A DNA stretch of 64,000 nucleotides from Octopus sinensis (lineage: Eukaryota), in NCBI RefSeq assembly GCF_006345805.1, contig NC_042998.1, forward strand, positions 161,076,001 to 161,140,000. Direction: 5' to 3'. The notes below the pieces were generated by a model. The model ran no database searches. It was not told the DNA's origin and was given only the letters and a program-made list of their open reading frames with translations. Below are positions 27,096 through 41,803 of this stretch, piece by piece (positions within the stretch are counted from its first letter, which is position 1; each line of letters begins with the position of its first letter). The position numbers and the translations under genes are program-made.

Positions 27096-27944
27096 ATGTG
27101 TTCGTTTGTGTGTGTGTTAAAGAGAAGAAACACAAAATATACTGCTACAATATTATTGATACTAAAGTTTATCTGTTAAAAGAGGCTTTATAGATATACT
27201 GCCATACATGGATAGAAACTGAGCCCACCCTTTCTCCCTCATAATATACAAACCAATAACATTGAAAATACCAAAGCATTACATTTCGGTCAACTGCTGA
27301 GTAAAAATGCAAAGGAACTATCAATAAACAAGTTAGTGCTCGTGTGTTAGACATTGTTACATATCCAGTGAATGCCAACTATGCTATGGAGCAGAGGTGA
27401 GCTTTGAGTGAGCCAAGCCTGCAAGCATGGTTTCGATTCTGATTGCTGCCATTTCTCTTCACTTAATGATTCTTAATTGCTTTCACAAAACTATCACAAC
27501 AATTTGAATTCTCTCCATTCTCTCCCTCTCTATATATATGGGACTCTTCTACCAGATAAGTATTGTAGAAATAAGCCCCAGGGCAAACCATATTTCCTTA
27601 AATAGTTTCACTCCCCAGCTGTAGTCACATGATGTGAACATCATTTACATCACCAATGAGAAGAGGATACCATGAACAGCACACATTCTCACTTGCTTTC
27701 ACTCATAAATTATACAGTTAAAAGAGTAAGCAGTGAATTCACTAATGTTTTAAGTGTAAATAATAAACATATTTTTCAACAATATATTAAGCATTATATT
27801 GATTGACTGATTAGTTTCCAGCTAGGAAATAATTTGAAGTTCAAAAAACTATGGTCTAGAGATATGAATTGCATAATGAACCTACTGGAGAGACACAGTC
27901 TGAATAGTTCTACTCGTAGTGATAATTTTTATATTTTAAGTAAG

Positions 27945-28105
27945 AGTGGCTGGTTAGCAAAAGCAGTTGAGCCTTGTTGCATTTAGTTCATCATTTTTTG
28001 GTTCTGAGTTTTGAGTCAGTTTTCATCCTTTCAGGGTTGATAAAATAAGTACCAGTAGATTCAATAGAATTGATAGTTTCTTTATACTTGTGTTGATATT
28101 AGAAA
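27945..28105 (+). mobile_element. degenerate SINE family A
   Basis: ttctgagtt..tttcatcctttcagggttgataaaataagtaccag core. Confidence 0.7.
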
Positions 28106-30329
28106 ATCAAGCTTAATCAGAAGTGGAATAATACTCAAGAGTGTTTGTTGTCCTAGTTAGTTGCTTTGGCTGAAACATTATGGAAGTTAAATAATTCATA
28201 AATGATTACAACAATAAAATTATCCTGTTTACAATAAATACAAGACCTGAAATTTTGCAGGTGGGGGGCTAGTCAATTATATTGTGCTCTTAATATTAAT
28301 AACCATTACAATAATAACCATAAAACAATGAGAGAACTGGGTACGTTTACCAGGCATGAAACAAAAAGTAATTCATAAAATATAAAAGCTGACTTGGTTC
28401 TGAGGTTTCAAATATTCTAATTAGTTGAAAAATGACAACATTTAAATGCAGCAGATCCCTGGAAACCTTTAAAGTGTAGCATTATTTATATCTCAGCATG
28501 ATTATGTCACAACCTAATGAATTAAAGAACTTTATTTGGTAAACAACCATATCACAGGAATATTTCGGTGAAGCTTTTTTCTTAAATATATTTTAAAGAA
28601 TTAATTAATCAGATGAGAAGGTGAGTGTACATAGTTTTTGTGGGTTACCCAGGACAAGTGGGATCAGTGTGGAATATACTCAGCTTGAACTTATGTAGTT
28701 AATTGTCTGAGAAGAAAAAGAGAGCAAGAAGAAAGTAGAGGGAGGACATGATTGAGAGAAAGATGAATTTCATATAATAGAGTTGGTGGAGAGAGAGGGG
28801 AGTAATACACAATAGGGACTGGCATAAAAAGAAGAGAAGGAAAGCTATTGTATGTACCATAGCTATTATTTTATATAAATATTAAAAGAAATATATAGAG
28901 AAAAGGAGAATAATAATGACAAGGAAACTAAGTCAAACTCGAGAGTTTATACTAAAAATGATTAATATTTGTCTAATTTTCAAACAGCCTCAAAGACAGC
29001 CAACTGAGCTTAATTAAGAGTGTTCATATCCTTTTACAAGCATGTATTTGTGACCATAAACAAGATACTTAAATCAATTTGTTTCAGTTAACTAATATAG
29101 AGTATAAGTTGCTGGGTACATTAGGTACCAACTAAACATGAGAATATTTCTGTCAATGCTAAAAGAATCTGATATGTAAAATAAGGTAAATAAAAACAAA
29201 ATGGAAGGATAAGAATTTTTCTCCTTAGGAACATCATATCAATATACAGCAAAGAAGCTGCAAATTTTATTAAACCAGTCTCCCAACTAAATTAGAAACA
29301 GAGATAGACATAGACTATGTTGATTATTATCACCATACCATTACACGATAAAGCTAGTAGATTTTTTCCATCACAACAAAATAACTGATTTTGTTGAAAA
29401 ATATAACTTGGACACACACACACACACACGCACACACAAACTGTCTCTATATTTATTATCTACTAAAACATTTGTTCATCTAATAATAAATTTTGTTTTT
29501 CTTTTTGCTTTCCATAACATTATGACTACTGCTGTGATAAGTAACTTTTTTCTTATATTATAGAATATAAAGCTATTCTATAGAAACCGCTTTGATAATC
29601 TAGAGTTAAAATTAAAAAAAAAAAAAGAAAGAGAATCATGAATACATAGAGAAGTTGTAAATCTTTTTGAAGAATTTCCAATTTTTCATATAATATTTAT
29701 ATATTGTACTCTAGAAATATATGAGAAAGCTTATATTAAGCAAAATATGAATGAAACAAGCAGAATCAACAAATTTATCAACATACAAGCAACAAAAATA
29801 AGAAAAATGAATTACAGTATTTTTTAAATAAAAGAAAGCAAAAAGAACAAAAAGAGAGCTTTTCTTAAGTAAACAGTAATTTAATCTCTGCAATTAACAA
29901 TAAATAATAAATATGAATAAAGAAAGAGAAGAACTTTTTTTAAAAAGTATTTTGAAGTAGAATTTTTAGAGATTATTAAAAAAATATTACTCATGGCCTT
30001 ATCCTTATCACAAACGCTAGTAATTTTAGTAATGAATATAGAGAAGCCTGCCAGACAAAAGAAGATTGAAATGGTGCAAGTAATAAGGTTGTTGGCTTAT
30101 TAAAGATGACAAATATAGAGAAGCTAATTACTAGTGGGTTTCTTATTTACAAATAACTAAGGAATTGAGTTAATGAAGGGGGAGGGAGAGGCAGGGAGAG
30201 AGAGAGGAGGAGAGAGAGTGAGAGCAATAGATATATGAAATAAACTTGATTTCACACTCATACAATACGGCAGAATGCAGATATTTTTATAAGGCACATT
30301 TGCTTGTATCAGTATTATATATTAATAAA

Positions 30330-30500
30330 AAGTCAGTGGATGGCAGAATTGAGGTGGTGTGTTATATTCTGAGTTCAAACTCCAGTAGGGTTAACACTGA
30401 CCTTTTATGCTTCCAAGACAAAGTGAACAAATACCGGCTAAAAACTAGGGGTAATTCAATCAACAGTACCCTTTCAAAAAATTCTGTGACAAAACATGAA
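30330..30500 (+). mobile_element. degenerate SINE family A
   Basis: tggcagaat..ttctgagttcaaactcc..gttaacactgacctttt..aaataccgg core. Confidence 0.55.
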
Positions 30501-31884
30501 TAGTATCTTGTATTATACATCCATACACATATGTGTATATATGCATATATAATATGTATTTATGAATTAATATATGCATGTATGACATTTTTTCAGAAAT
30601 TTAGAAAAATCTAATAACAGTATGTCTAATGGTATAAACAAAATTGAAAATAAAAGCTTGTGTATTCTATTCAAATTTTTTCTCTCACACCAAGGTACTG
30701 TGAGGTACTTAAGTAATTAAAACAAGAAATCTGTTCGCAGTTACAACCTTCATCCTTAACTATATTTCACCTAAACTGCTCAATGAGGAATAAAACATTG
30801 TAGGTAAACTTTAAGAAATCTATAATTTTTGCCTTTGTGAAACACACACAACATTCTGTCATGTTCTGAGTTATGGACAAAAACAAAGCATGTTATGTAA
30901 GTTATGCCATATAAGATGGAAAAGGAAAATATTGAAAAAACAACAAAAAACCCTCCAGAAAACCTAATATTTCAAATGTATATGTTCTGATCATATGTAA
31001 AATGTTTAATGATATTTTTTGAGTGCTTTTATAATACAGCATTATTTCTCTTTTCTCTTTCTATGTGAAAGAGCTCTGTCAGTTGGATAGGATAATTTGG
31101 TTTGAATTTTATAGAAAAAAAGAAAGCTTCCAAAAGTTCTGATATTCCATCTCATGCGTCTATCACTGCCAGCTCCCACCTCTCTCTTTCAGACATCCTT
31201 TTAACATGCCAGCAAAAAGGAAAAGAAATTGAAAATCATTACTCTCTACTTTTCCTTTCTTATATGACTTTTGGCAAAGAGTAAGAAATAAATAAATGAA
31301 AGCGGATTTTATGAAACAATAGTTGATTAATTTACACCCCAAATCTACAAACACAGGACAGAATGGATAGATTATCTGGCTGAATTAAAAGAGAAGCTAG
31401 TTTTCAATGATATATTTGGAAACATGAGATGCATAGCTGACTGATATCACACGATAAGTTCTATTTTCTCAAAAAGTCCCGAGAAGTTTCTTTTCTCAAA
31501 ACATATATTTCTATAAAATAAATGACAAACATGAAAAGCCAATAAACTTTTTTTTATAACTATAATCAACAAATTTTAAACAAATTGATACTATTAAAAG
31601 AACATAGAAAGAAAAAAAAACAAAGAAACAAAAGAATTAGCAGTGTAGTAATTTTCAATAACATAAACAAAATGAGTTAAATAATTATTACTATTTAAAT
31701 ATCATTATGGTTATTTTATGGTTATCAAAATATACAATTATGTGGTTTAATCAAACAGTAATAATGTCCCTATAACATCTTCTCATACACACTCAAACAA
31801 AACAAAAAGCTTTTATAGCAGTTAAAACAAGTTGTACAATCATATTGCAATTATATTAATGTATTATGTAAAAATTATTGTTTG

Positions 31885-32410
31885 TATTGCTTAGCCCCAG
31901 GTCAGATCTGACTAGCAGACCAACTATAAAAGGCATTCTAATCATGATCATCTACTTTCTGTAATGTTCCATTTCTTTTTTCTTTTTTAAAGTGTTAGGG
32001 TCTGATTTCATGGAATTTTGGTTGCTATATCTAGTCACCAACCAGAAGCTCATCCACTAAATCAACAACAACAGTTTCTGAGTTTGGCACAAAGTCAACG
32101 ATTTTGGGGTGAGGGGTTTTGTTGATACCATTGACTCCAGCACATGAATAGTATTTTATTCATTCTGGAGGGATGGAAGCCAAAGTTGAGCTGGGCAGAA
32201 TTTGAACACAGAACATAAAAAGTCAGAAGATATACTAAAAGGCTCTAATGCTTAACAGCACAAAAACCAGCAAATTTAGGGGAGATTAGTTGATTACCAT
32301 CAACCTTGGGTGTTTCTGATACTTTATTTTATCTAAACTGGTGTAATTAAAGATAAAGTTGAACTCAGAACATAAAGAGCAAAAGTTAAACAATTCTGTC
32401 AATCCATCAC
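31885..32410. mobile_element. cluster: family E copy (31885-32060) and two minus-strand family A SINE fragments (32075-32410)
   Basis: ccccaggtcag..aaaggcattc (family E); ggcacaaagtca..ggatggaagccaaagttgag..cagaatttgaacacagaac (family A, minus). Confidence 0.65.
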
Positions 32411-32496
32411 CCCAATAAATAATAGTAGTGGTAATAATAATAATAATAATAAATTTCTATGTTCTGACCATATGTAAACTGTTTAATATTTTTTGA

Positions 32497-32535
<39 letters not shown>

Positions 32536-32566
32536 TACTACTACTACTATCATCATCATTATTATT

Positions 32567-33116
32567 GAGTGAGAGAGCAGTACATGCTATCATAGTGATA
32601 CTGGGATAAAATATATGAAGCCCAATATACCCACCATGACTACCTGTCTGACAAGGGTACACCAGGTACATGCACCACGACCCTATGTGCGTGACATGGT
32701 GATCACTTCTTTTCTTTTAGCACATGACCTTGCAGGTGGGGCCCAGTCAGAAAATTCAGGTTGAGTAGCTCATCCCACTCAAAGTTCTTGAATAAGATTT
32801 GTTTTAAGGATGATGAACAAAACACCAATGGTACCAGAAGTGAATTATTCAAACTCCAAAGAATTCCTCTCAACACATGGCTATATTGCTCCCCCACTAC
32901 TTCTGCTTATGATCAGAGATGCACATATTGTCAGCCACTAAGGGACATGCTCAGCTGGTTAACATCAAACAACTGAGAAGCAAATCTGTAGTACTGAGCA
33001 GAATATTTGCTGTAGCCCATCTTTTATATCAAGACAAAACATATACATGATAACACTTCCAATCAGCTAAGATCGAAAGCCATGAGAGCCAGTGCCTGGT
33101 ACTGCATTAGGGCATT
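32567..33116. mobile_element. ~550-bp GC-richer non-coding element embedded in an (ATT)n tract
   Basis: Complex sequence with sharp boundaries, flanked on both sides by same-orientation (ATT)n (32498-32566 and 33117-33159); no intact ORF. Confidence 0.6.
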
Positions 33117-33159
33117 TATCATTATTATTTTTATAATTATCATTATTATTATTATTATT

Positions 33160-33480
33160 GTTTTGGCACAAGGCCAGAAATTATAGGGTGAGAGGGTTAG
33201 TCAATTACATTGATTCCAGTAGTTGACTAGTACATTATATTATCAACCCTGAAAAGATGGAAGCAAAGTTGACCTCAGTGGAATTTGAACTCAGATTTGT
33301 CTAATATACTGGCAATTCTACCAATCTACCACCCTAATAAATAGTAGTAATAGTTTCAAATTTTGGCACAAGGCCAGCAGTTTTATGGAGAATGAGATAG
33401 TTAATTACATTTACACTATTTCTTGACTGTTACTTTATTTTATTGGCCCCACTGAAGGGATGAAAGGCGATAATGGGGAT
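33160..33480 (-). mobile_element. two tandem family A SINE fragments
   Basis: ttttggcacaaggccag occurs at ~33160 and ~33361; tcaaccctgaaaagatggaagcaaagttgacctcagtggaatttgaactcag. Confidence 0.75.
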
Positions 33481-34304
33481 ATAACGTAACAAACATTCAT
33501 AGCATGTGTTTTTTTTTGTTTGTTTCCGTGAGAGCATGTGTGTGCATGTCTAATGTATGTGTCTGCATGTGTATGTGTGTGGTTATATAAATATAAAAAG
33601 ATATGAAAATACACACATGCACAAATTTGCATACATATATCTATTTGCTTATATGAACGTAAATAAAAACAAGTTGTGCCCAGTAATGATTATGACAGGA
33701 GATTTATTCCACAAAAAAGGAAATAGCTATTGTGTGAAAAAGTTTATAGACTATATCAAAAAGGAGTACAAGAGAAAGGAGCTTCATGCAACATATGGTA
33801 AATGAGGATCACAGATTAAGAAAAATATAAATAAAATGACAAAAAAAAAACTATAGTTGCAACACATATGAACTGAAAAATTTTATTTGCTCATCACATT
33901 TTTTTTTATGCAGCTGATAAGTCATGCCTTAATTACTTCAAGTTTCTTAATTTTTTCATGTCTTCTGTCAGGCAACAAGAATACTAAAATTTTGTAAAAG
34001 TTTAAATAAAGTTGCTGGGACATTTTATACTCTGAATGAACACACAAAAATGAAAAACTCTGAGTTTATAGAGTTATAGAGTGAATATCCAATGTAGATA
34101 TGTGTGAGAATATGTGTGTGCATGTGTTTGTGTGTATTAGACAGATTTAGTGGATTCTGGAGTATCCCCGTGTTGCTGGCTCTTCAAGTAGGAATAGAGT
34201 ATATAGGCTAAAAGACACAACATTGACGGCAAGGGGACTGTAGCACATAAGTAGCTGAATTTATATTACTTTCACATCAGGTACTTTTACTTTTGCACAT
34301 TCAT

Positions 34305-34397
34305 ACATTACACACACACGTATGTGTGTGCGCATATACAGATATATACATACACACACATATATATAAATATGTATGTATATATCTATATAAACTT

Positions 34398-34428
<31 letters not shown>

Positions 34429-34511
34429 AATACACACACATAAATATATATAAAATATTTACATTATGTGTGTATATATATATTTATATATATATATACA
34501 TAATACATATA

Positions 34512-34552
<41 letters not shown>

Positions 34553-34613
34553 CATACATATATATATATATATATTACATATATATATATAATATATATA
34601 TATATATACATAC

Positions 34614-34660
<47 letters not shown>

Positions 34661-34740
34661 CATACATACATATACATATAAATATATATATATTTATATA
34701 TATATATATGTTTGTACATGTGTATATATGTATGTATAAG

Positions 34741-34789
<49 letters not shown>

Positions 34790-34830
34790 GTATATATATG
34801 TATGTGTATGTATACACAGATATAAATGTA
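34305..34830. repeat. long (AT)n/(AC)n/(ATAC)n microsatellite field
   Basis: Directly visible. Confidence 0.95.
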
Positions 34831-35593
34831 CAGAGAGGAGGTGTGTATGTGTGAGTGTGCAAGTATGTGCATGATGGCAAATAGTGCTGCAGAGGGAATA
34901 ATGATACAAACTTGTAAGTAAAGCTTTTAGAAAAATTATTCTGTGAGGAATTTAAAACCAATTGTATAAAAATCAAATCAAATATGCCAACTAATATAAA
35001 TCAAACTAGAGGAAGGGGAATTAAAAGATTCTGAACCAGATATATGCCAGAAAATTACCAATATTCAAAACTGTTTCTAACAAAAGCTTATCTGTGTGTG
35101 TGTGTATGTTCATGTGCATGTTGTGTATGTGTGTGCTTGTTCGGGTGTCTGTGTGGGTATATATATATACAAACGCATCTACATATATATACATACACAC
35201 ATATATATGATATAATAAAATATATATATATTTTTTATATGATATATGTGTCATAAAACAGTGTACATTTAGCAAAATGTTGAAAGCTACTTGAATAATA
35301 AAAAAAACTATTATTCTATATCTGTATTTGTCTTAACAATTTATCATGAAAGTACGTATGTGTGTTTAAAGCTTAGACAAAACACAATACATAAGTACTA
35401 ACACACACACACACACCATTAAAAATACATATATGTTATGGATGTATATGTATATTTTATAGACATAAATATATGTATAATGAAATAGTGTAAGTATAGT
35501 AAAATACTGAAATCTTTACCTGATGACAAAGAATAATACACCTATCTATCTATCTTTCTAACTATCTATCTATCTATCTATCTATCTATTGAT

Positions 35594-35625
<32 letters not shown>

Positions 35626-37917
35626 ATGTATGCATATTTTCTATATACATACACACACACATGCATATACATACAAGCATACATAGATATACTTATGTTT
35701 AAGTGTCAATTTAGCATAGTAGTTATACTATCAGATACAATAATCTGTGGTATTTGTTTTGAGTCTCTATGCTCCGAGTTCAAATCTTACTCAGATCAGC
35801 TTTGCTCCCTCATCTGTAGACCTCACTTAGAAGTTATTGATGAAATCAATCTCACAATGAAATCAAAACTAACAAAAAACATAAAACAAATTCTTTGTGC
35901 TAATATATTAAATCAGTTCAAGTGCATATTCTGTGTATTGGGTACACATACCAGTACACACACACACATTTATATAGATAAATACATATTACACACACAC
36001 ATTTATAGATATATACATATTACACACACAAACATACATGTGTGTGTGTATCTATCTATCTACCTATCTATCTATTTACATATATATAACACACACAAGT
36101 GTGTGTGTGTGTACATATGAGAAGAAGGAGAGAGGGGAGAAAAAGATGGTTTGGTATATTAAAGCTACTAAGAAGTTCAGTACAAAAATCAAATAAGAAT
36201 AACTAAAATACACAGCTTAGAAAGAGATAGGGAGGATCTCTAAATATAGTCAAACAATGAGTAGAACACATATGTAGCTGATAGAAGAGAGATGTTCATG
36301 TGTGTGTGTGTGTACATGCTACAGGGTTATTTCATTTTTGTCCTTGTTAATGCGTGTATGTGTTTGTGTACAAGCATAATATACACACATGTACACATTT
36401 TTCTCCATATATCCTATCTGTTTTCACTTGAGTTATTTTTCTTGCGAAACAGGTGTAAAATCTGTTTCTTTGAATAACTATATAAATAAGTAATTAAATA
36501 ATAACTTTAAAGATTTTCCAAAACAATAATTCAATAACCTATAAACAGTACATGTGTTTTGCATGTATGTATGTATGTGAGCAAAAGAGCATTTATATAC
36601 CTACTTGAAAGCAAAGGGGTCTAGAGGTATTAGTAGGAGAAAACGAGCCTACAGAATTTTAGTTTGAGCAAATGCCATTGTAGTGAAAATACTTGTTAAT
36701 TCATTCAATACTTTTAGAAAAAAAGGTTTCTGAATATTTTTTTTTATATTTACATATTAATTTCATTTTATTTTCAACCTACCTCAAATGTGTACCATTT
36801 TCTCCTTTTTAAATTCAAAATAAATTCCTAACAAAAGTTAGAAATTTACTTGAATGAATGCACTAAAAATCTTTTTACTGAAGAAATATGATCAGCTATT
36901 TATTTTTACATATTTAAGTGCATCCAGTTAGTAACAGACATACAAATTAACTAGCTTATACAACATTTTTTTCTCAGGTCAGTAACTTTTTTTAAAAAAA
37001 GAAAATCTATTTACTTGTTTTCCATCTTGAATGCAGAAAGTTATATGTATATTTTTATTGATTGATTTGCTCTTTTTCACTCTTTCTCTCTTTCTTTCTC
37101 TTTCTCTCTTAGTCATATATAGAAACTCAAATGCTTGTTTGCTAATGTGAACATACTTAAGTCTAGTTGTGTTAGTCTTATTTATATGATGTTGCATAAT
37201 TATTATGAAACAGATTGTAAATAATAATACATTTGTCTCTTTCCCAATGACACAGATTTTATCAGTTAAAAATCAATATAGTTTCTTTTAGCTTTAAGTT
37301 TCCAACTAGAAAAAAATCCCACAAAAACAACTATAAAAGCCAATGAAACAACACCAAAAATTAATAACCATTCACATTCAAAGCTTTCTTAAAATTAACT
37401 GTCATTCTTGGTCTCATCACTTATTTGCACAATCAATTCTGCCATATTGACAAGAAAACCATTTCCTACTGATTTGCATTCCATATTCACTTCAATGAAA
37501 CTAATGAAGATTACAATTTTCCAAAACACAACTTAATACCAAAGCAAAACAATCTTTAATTAACTGATCAAAAGTTCACAGCTCAGAGTCAAATTTTCAA
37601 GTTACAGTCACAGAAGCAATACTGGAGAAGAATATGATGATAAAACATAACTGACATAACAACAGGAATTAGCGATAAAAATTTTGATGGATGTTGGAAG
37701 ATGTAGATATTTAATCAAGACAATATAAATATAATGTACTAACAACAAAACAAAACAAAAAAGACAACCAAATGTGTGTGTAAAGGAGAGAGAGCTAGTG
37801 AGATTTGAGAACAAAGCCAATGTTTATGATTGAGAGAATTAAATAAGATAATCTAAATAATAACAAAATGTGCACACAGATACAGAGTATGCAAAAACAC
37901 AATGATTAGGATGGCAA

Positions 37918-38231
37918 TAAAAAAAAAAGTTGCCCTTTTCAAGCCTAGCCAGGCTCATGGGCCCGGTTTCCTGGTTTCGGTAGCGTATGTGTTCCCCCCA
38001 GCTGGACGGGACACTAGTCCATCACTGCATTACTCAAGAAACAGGAAGAGAGAGTGAGAGGAAGTTGTGGCGAAAGAGTACAACAGGGGTCACCACCAAC
38101 CCCTGTTGGATCCTCGGGGAGCTTTTAGGTGTTTTCGCTCAATAAACACACACGACGCCCGGTCTGGAAATCCAAACCGTGATCCTCCGACTAAGAGTCC
38201 ACTGCCCTAACCACTGGGCCATTGCACCCCC
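37918..38231 (-). mobile_element. full-length tRNA-derived SINE, family B, with 13-bp target-site duplication
   Basis: Head ggggtgcaatggcccagtggttagggcagtggactc...ggtttggatttcc; 3' end aaagggcaac(T)n; TSD attaggatggcaa at 37905-37917 and 38232-38244. Confidence 0.92.
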
Positions 38232-38436
38232 ATTAGGATGGCAAGGGAAAACATAAATGGTTTCTAACATTAAACTATAAGTGCCGTGAATAGTATTTAT
38301 TGGAAAATGCTTGCCTCTGAAAGAAAACTTACATGTTGTATATGTGCTTAGTTACATCTGAAAATATACATATATGTGTGTATGTGTGTGTATGTATGTG
38401 TATGTGCTCCTCTCACTAATATATAAATATACATAC

Positions 38437-38482
<46 letters not shown>

Positions 38483-39036
38483 GGACGGTTGGATGGGCGG
38501 ACACTATATGCATGCAGAGTTATGGGACCACTACAAAGTAAAGATTAGAACTTGGGTTGTGGCTCTATAGAAATCCATTAAGGTGTTAATGCATATTGTT
38601 GCTTCTGTTTTAATGTTTCTTTTAAATTTTTCTTCTGTTCTCTGTAGGTTGTTGTTGGCAGTGTCTGGAGATAATTAAAGAAAATTCTGATGTATCCAGG
38701 TACAATTAACTCAAGGATAAGCATATGAAAGAGAGTTCCATTATGGAGCCAGAGAGTTTATAAATTAGTGATGTCTTTCCAACAGTTCATTATTAGGATA
38801 TGGCAGTCAATGAGCTCCCTTCATGGACGACATGGTATTTTACATGGTGTTTTGAAGGAATCCAAATTTATTTGAGATTTCACAAAACAGCAAAATTGAA
38901 AGAAGTACATCTTGAATTTGAGGTGCACAAAAGGTTCTAAATTCACATGTATCATTCACATGATTATTAAATTGAAAATCAGACTTTGTGGGGTCCATCT
39001 TTAAAGCTTCATTCTTCTATGGTTGGCATTACTTAC

Positions 39037-39101
39037 TCTTAAGCTTTCAACCACTACAGTGAGCAATCTTCAGACTTGCAGAGTAAAGTCACACTTAAAG
39101 C
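39037..39101 (-). other. candidate 65-nt non-coding exon
   Basis: Acceptor ttcatttctctcag| and consensus donor |gtaagt on the minus strand; stops in all three frames. Confidence 0.25.
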
Positions 39102-41082
39102 CTGAGAGAAATGAACACGTTATTTTACACACACACACACACACACAGATGACAGATATTTATTCATAAGTATAAGTATATTCTAGTGTAGTACCCCTTA
39201 AAAATGACAAGGTTCATTTCTATCTCCTTTCAGTAATTCTTAATCTCACAGCTTCAAGCGCTTGCTTCATTTTCTTCTAGTATTCCAATTTGTCTTCTTT
39301 CAGTTATTCCGTTTTATCTGAAATATAACTTCTATGCTTCTTGTTTCTTGTTGATTTGCAGCCCTTCCTTCTTTTTACCATTCATGTCAAGCACTGACAA
39401 TATCTGCTCAACTGACTGCTTACAATTTCACTCTACTCTTCCCATTCACTTTATTGCAATATATATATATACAACCCATACCAGCACAGAAGTCAGACAT
39501 TAAATTATGATGATGATGATGATGATATATCTATATATACATATATATGTATATACATATACATATGTATGTATGTATATATTTATAACTATCTATTTAT
39601 ATATATATATACATGTGTATATATATATATTAATATATATCATATAAAAGAAATACATATATATATATATACACACATGTATACACACACACACACTTTT
39701 TACTTATTTCAGTCAGATACTTATTTTAAACATTGTATATTTTACTGATCAGCTAGGTACCAGCTTGAGTTAACACCACTCTTGTATTCACTGGTGAAGT
39801 AGTGTCAAACACACAAATGAACACACAAATACATGCATATACATACAAACATTATATAAATGCAAACACATATGTGTGAGTGTGCGAGTATATATATGTG
39901 TCTCTGTGTGTGTGTGTTTATTCATCTCTCTCTCTCTCCACACACACACACACTAACATAGAGAAACGCATTTATGAGAATTAAGTTATAAATGATAGAG
40001 TTTTACAAAGGCACAATGTAAATCAGAACAAGTTTCAACATTAGCCAAGTAAAAGGAAAGAAATGTGTGCATGTGCAAGTATGTCTGTGTGCAGATGAAT
40101 GTACATTGATGAAGAGAAAGTGAGGGGAGGAAAATTGAGAAGTGAAGAAGAGAAGTATAGAAAGATGGAAGAAAAGCAAATAAAAGAAAGAATACACTGC
40201 GATTATTAGTTATCAATAAATGTCTGCTAGTCTGCCTGACCAGACCAGCCTACTAGCCAGTGAAGGAAGACTTGGTGTATTTATCTGACATACACACAAA
40301 AAAGGTCAAGTATGGGATATAAGCAGAGATCAGTTTTCCTAATTGTGAGTAATTGATTTTGTTGTGGCTTTTACAGATACTATATGAAGAAGAAAACAAG
40401 AAAAACAAATACATACAACTATATATATGTGTGTGTGTGTGTGTGTGTATGTCTATATAAATAAATAAACAAATATAAAGTGTGGAGAAGAGAAAGAGTT
40501 TGAAATGAAGGAAAACAGCAAAGAAGAGGTATGTATATATGGGAAAGGGATATAGAAGAGTGTGGGAAGTGGTAGCAGAGAGACTTGGAAAGATAGGTAA
40601 CTGGAAATAGATGTGACTGGTGGGGGCGAATATTTAAAGAGATTATAGGTTTTTAGTGCTTTGATTTTTAATGAGAAATCAAATATGAAAATTAAAGAAA
40701 ACGAAAGACAGTGAAACAAAAGAATAGGATATGAAATAAATTTAATGAAATGAATTAAAAAAAAATTGCAGAAAGCATGCGCACATGTAGGCTTATAGGA
40801 AAACAAACTCAAATACACCCACACATAAACACAGGTATGCGAATATACTTGACGCAAACACAAAGGTTTATATTACTTGGATTTCATAATTTTTACAAAA
40901 CATACTGTTTATATTGAAAGTAATTTACAGTAAAATTTCCCACCAAGGGGGCTAGTCTTGTACTTGGAAAGTGAAAGTGATAAATTATACATACACACAC
41001 GAATATTTTACTGATGCATAGATACATACACAAGTTTCATGCAGTAAATTTAGAAACATACATACAGTTATACAAACACACC

Positions 41083-41115
<33 letters not shown>

Positions 41116-41664
41116 ACACACACACACAATATGAGATAAAGAGAAGGTGAGTAAAAGACAGGCATACATGTACAGGGGCACACACAAATGCACAATAAAC
41201 ATGCACATACACACACATATAATTAGACAGGCAGTGGATAAATATGTAGGTAGACAGAAAAAAAAATGGAAATATATATATACCAACAGACACATATACA
41301 ATAGAGAGAGTGATCAGACAAACAGACAGGCATATTTAAAGCTTCATACACAGACAGGTGAATAGATGAAGAGATATACGCACGAAACTGCATGGTATAT
41401 AAATAGATACGCAGATAGTCAAACAGACATTTTACATGCATGTGTGTGTGTGTGTGTTTGTGTGTGTGTATGTGTATATATATATATATATATATACATA
41501 CATACATACACACACATACATACACACATGACAGATGAATGTATGGCTGAATGAATTATCAGAGGGAAAGATATAAAATATTGATAGAGAGCCAGGTATA
41601 TAAACAGATACACTTACACACCCACACACAAAACACACGTCTTTATATATTGTAATTTTTTTGG

Positions 41665-41743
<79 letters not shown>

Positions 41744-41771
41744 AATATACATATATATGTAGAGAGAAAGT

Positions 41772-41803
<32 letters not shown>

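Noticed and set aside
39033-39087. Minus-strand CUGAAGA..GAAAGCUU hammerhead-like string
   Set aside because: Stem II is poorly closed and stem I has only one pair adjacent to the core.
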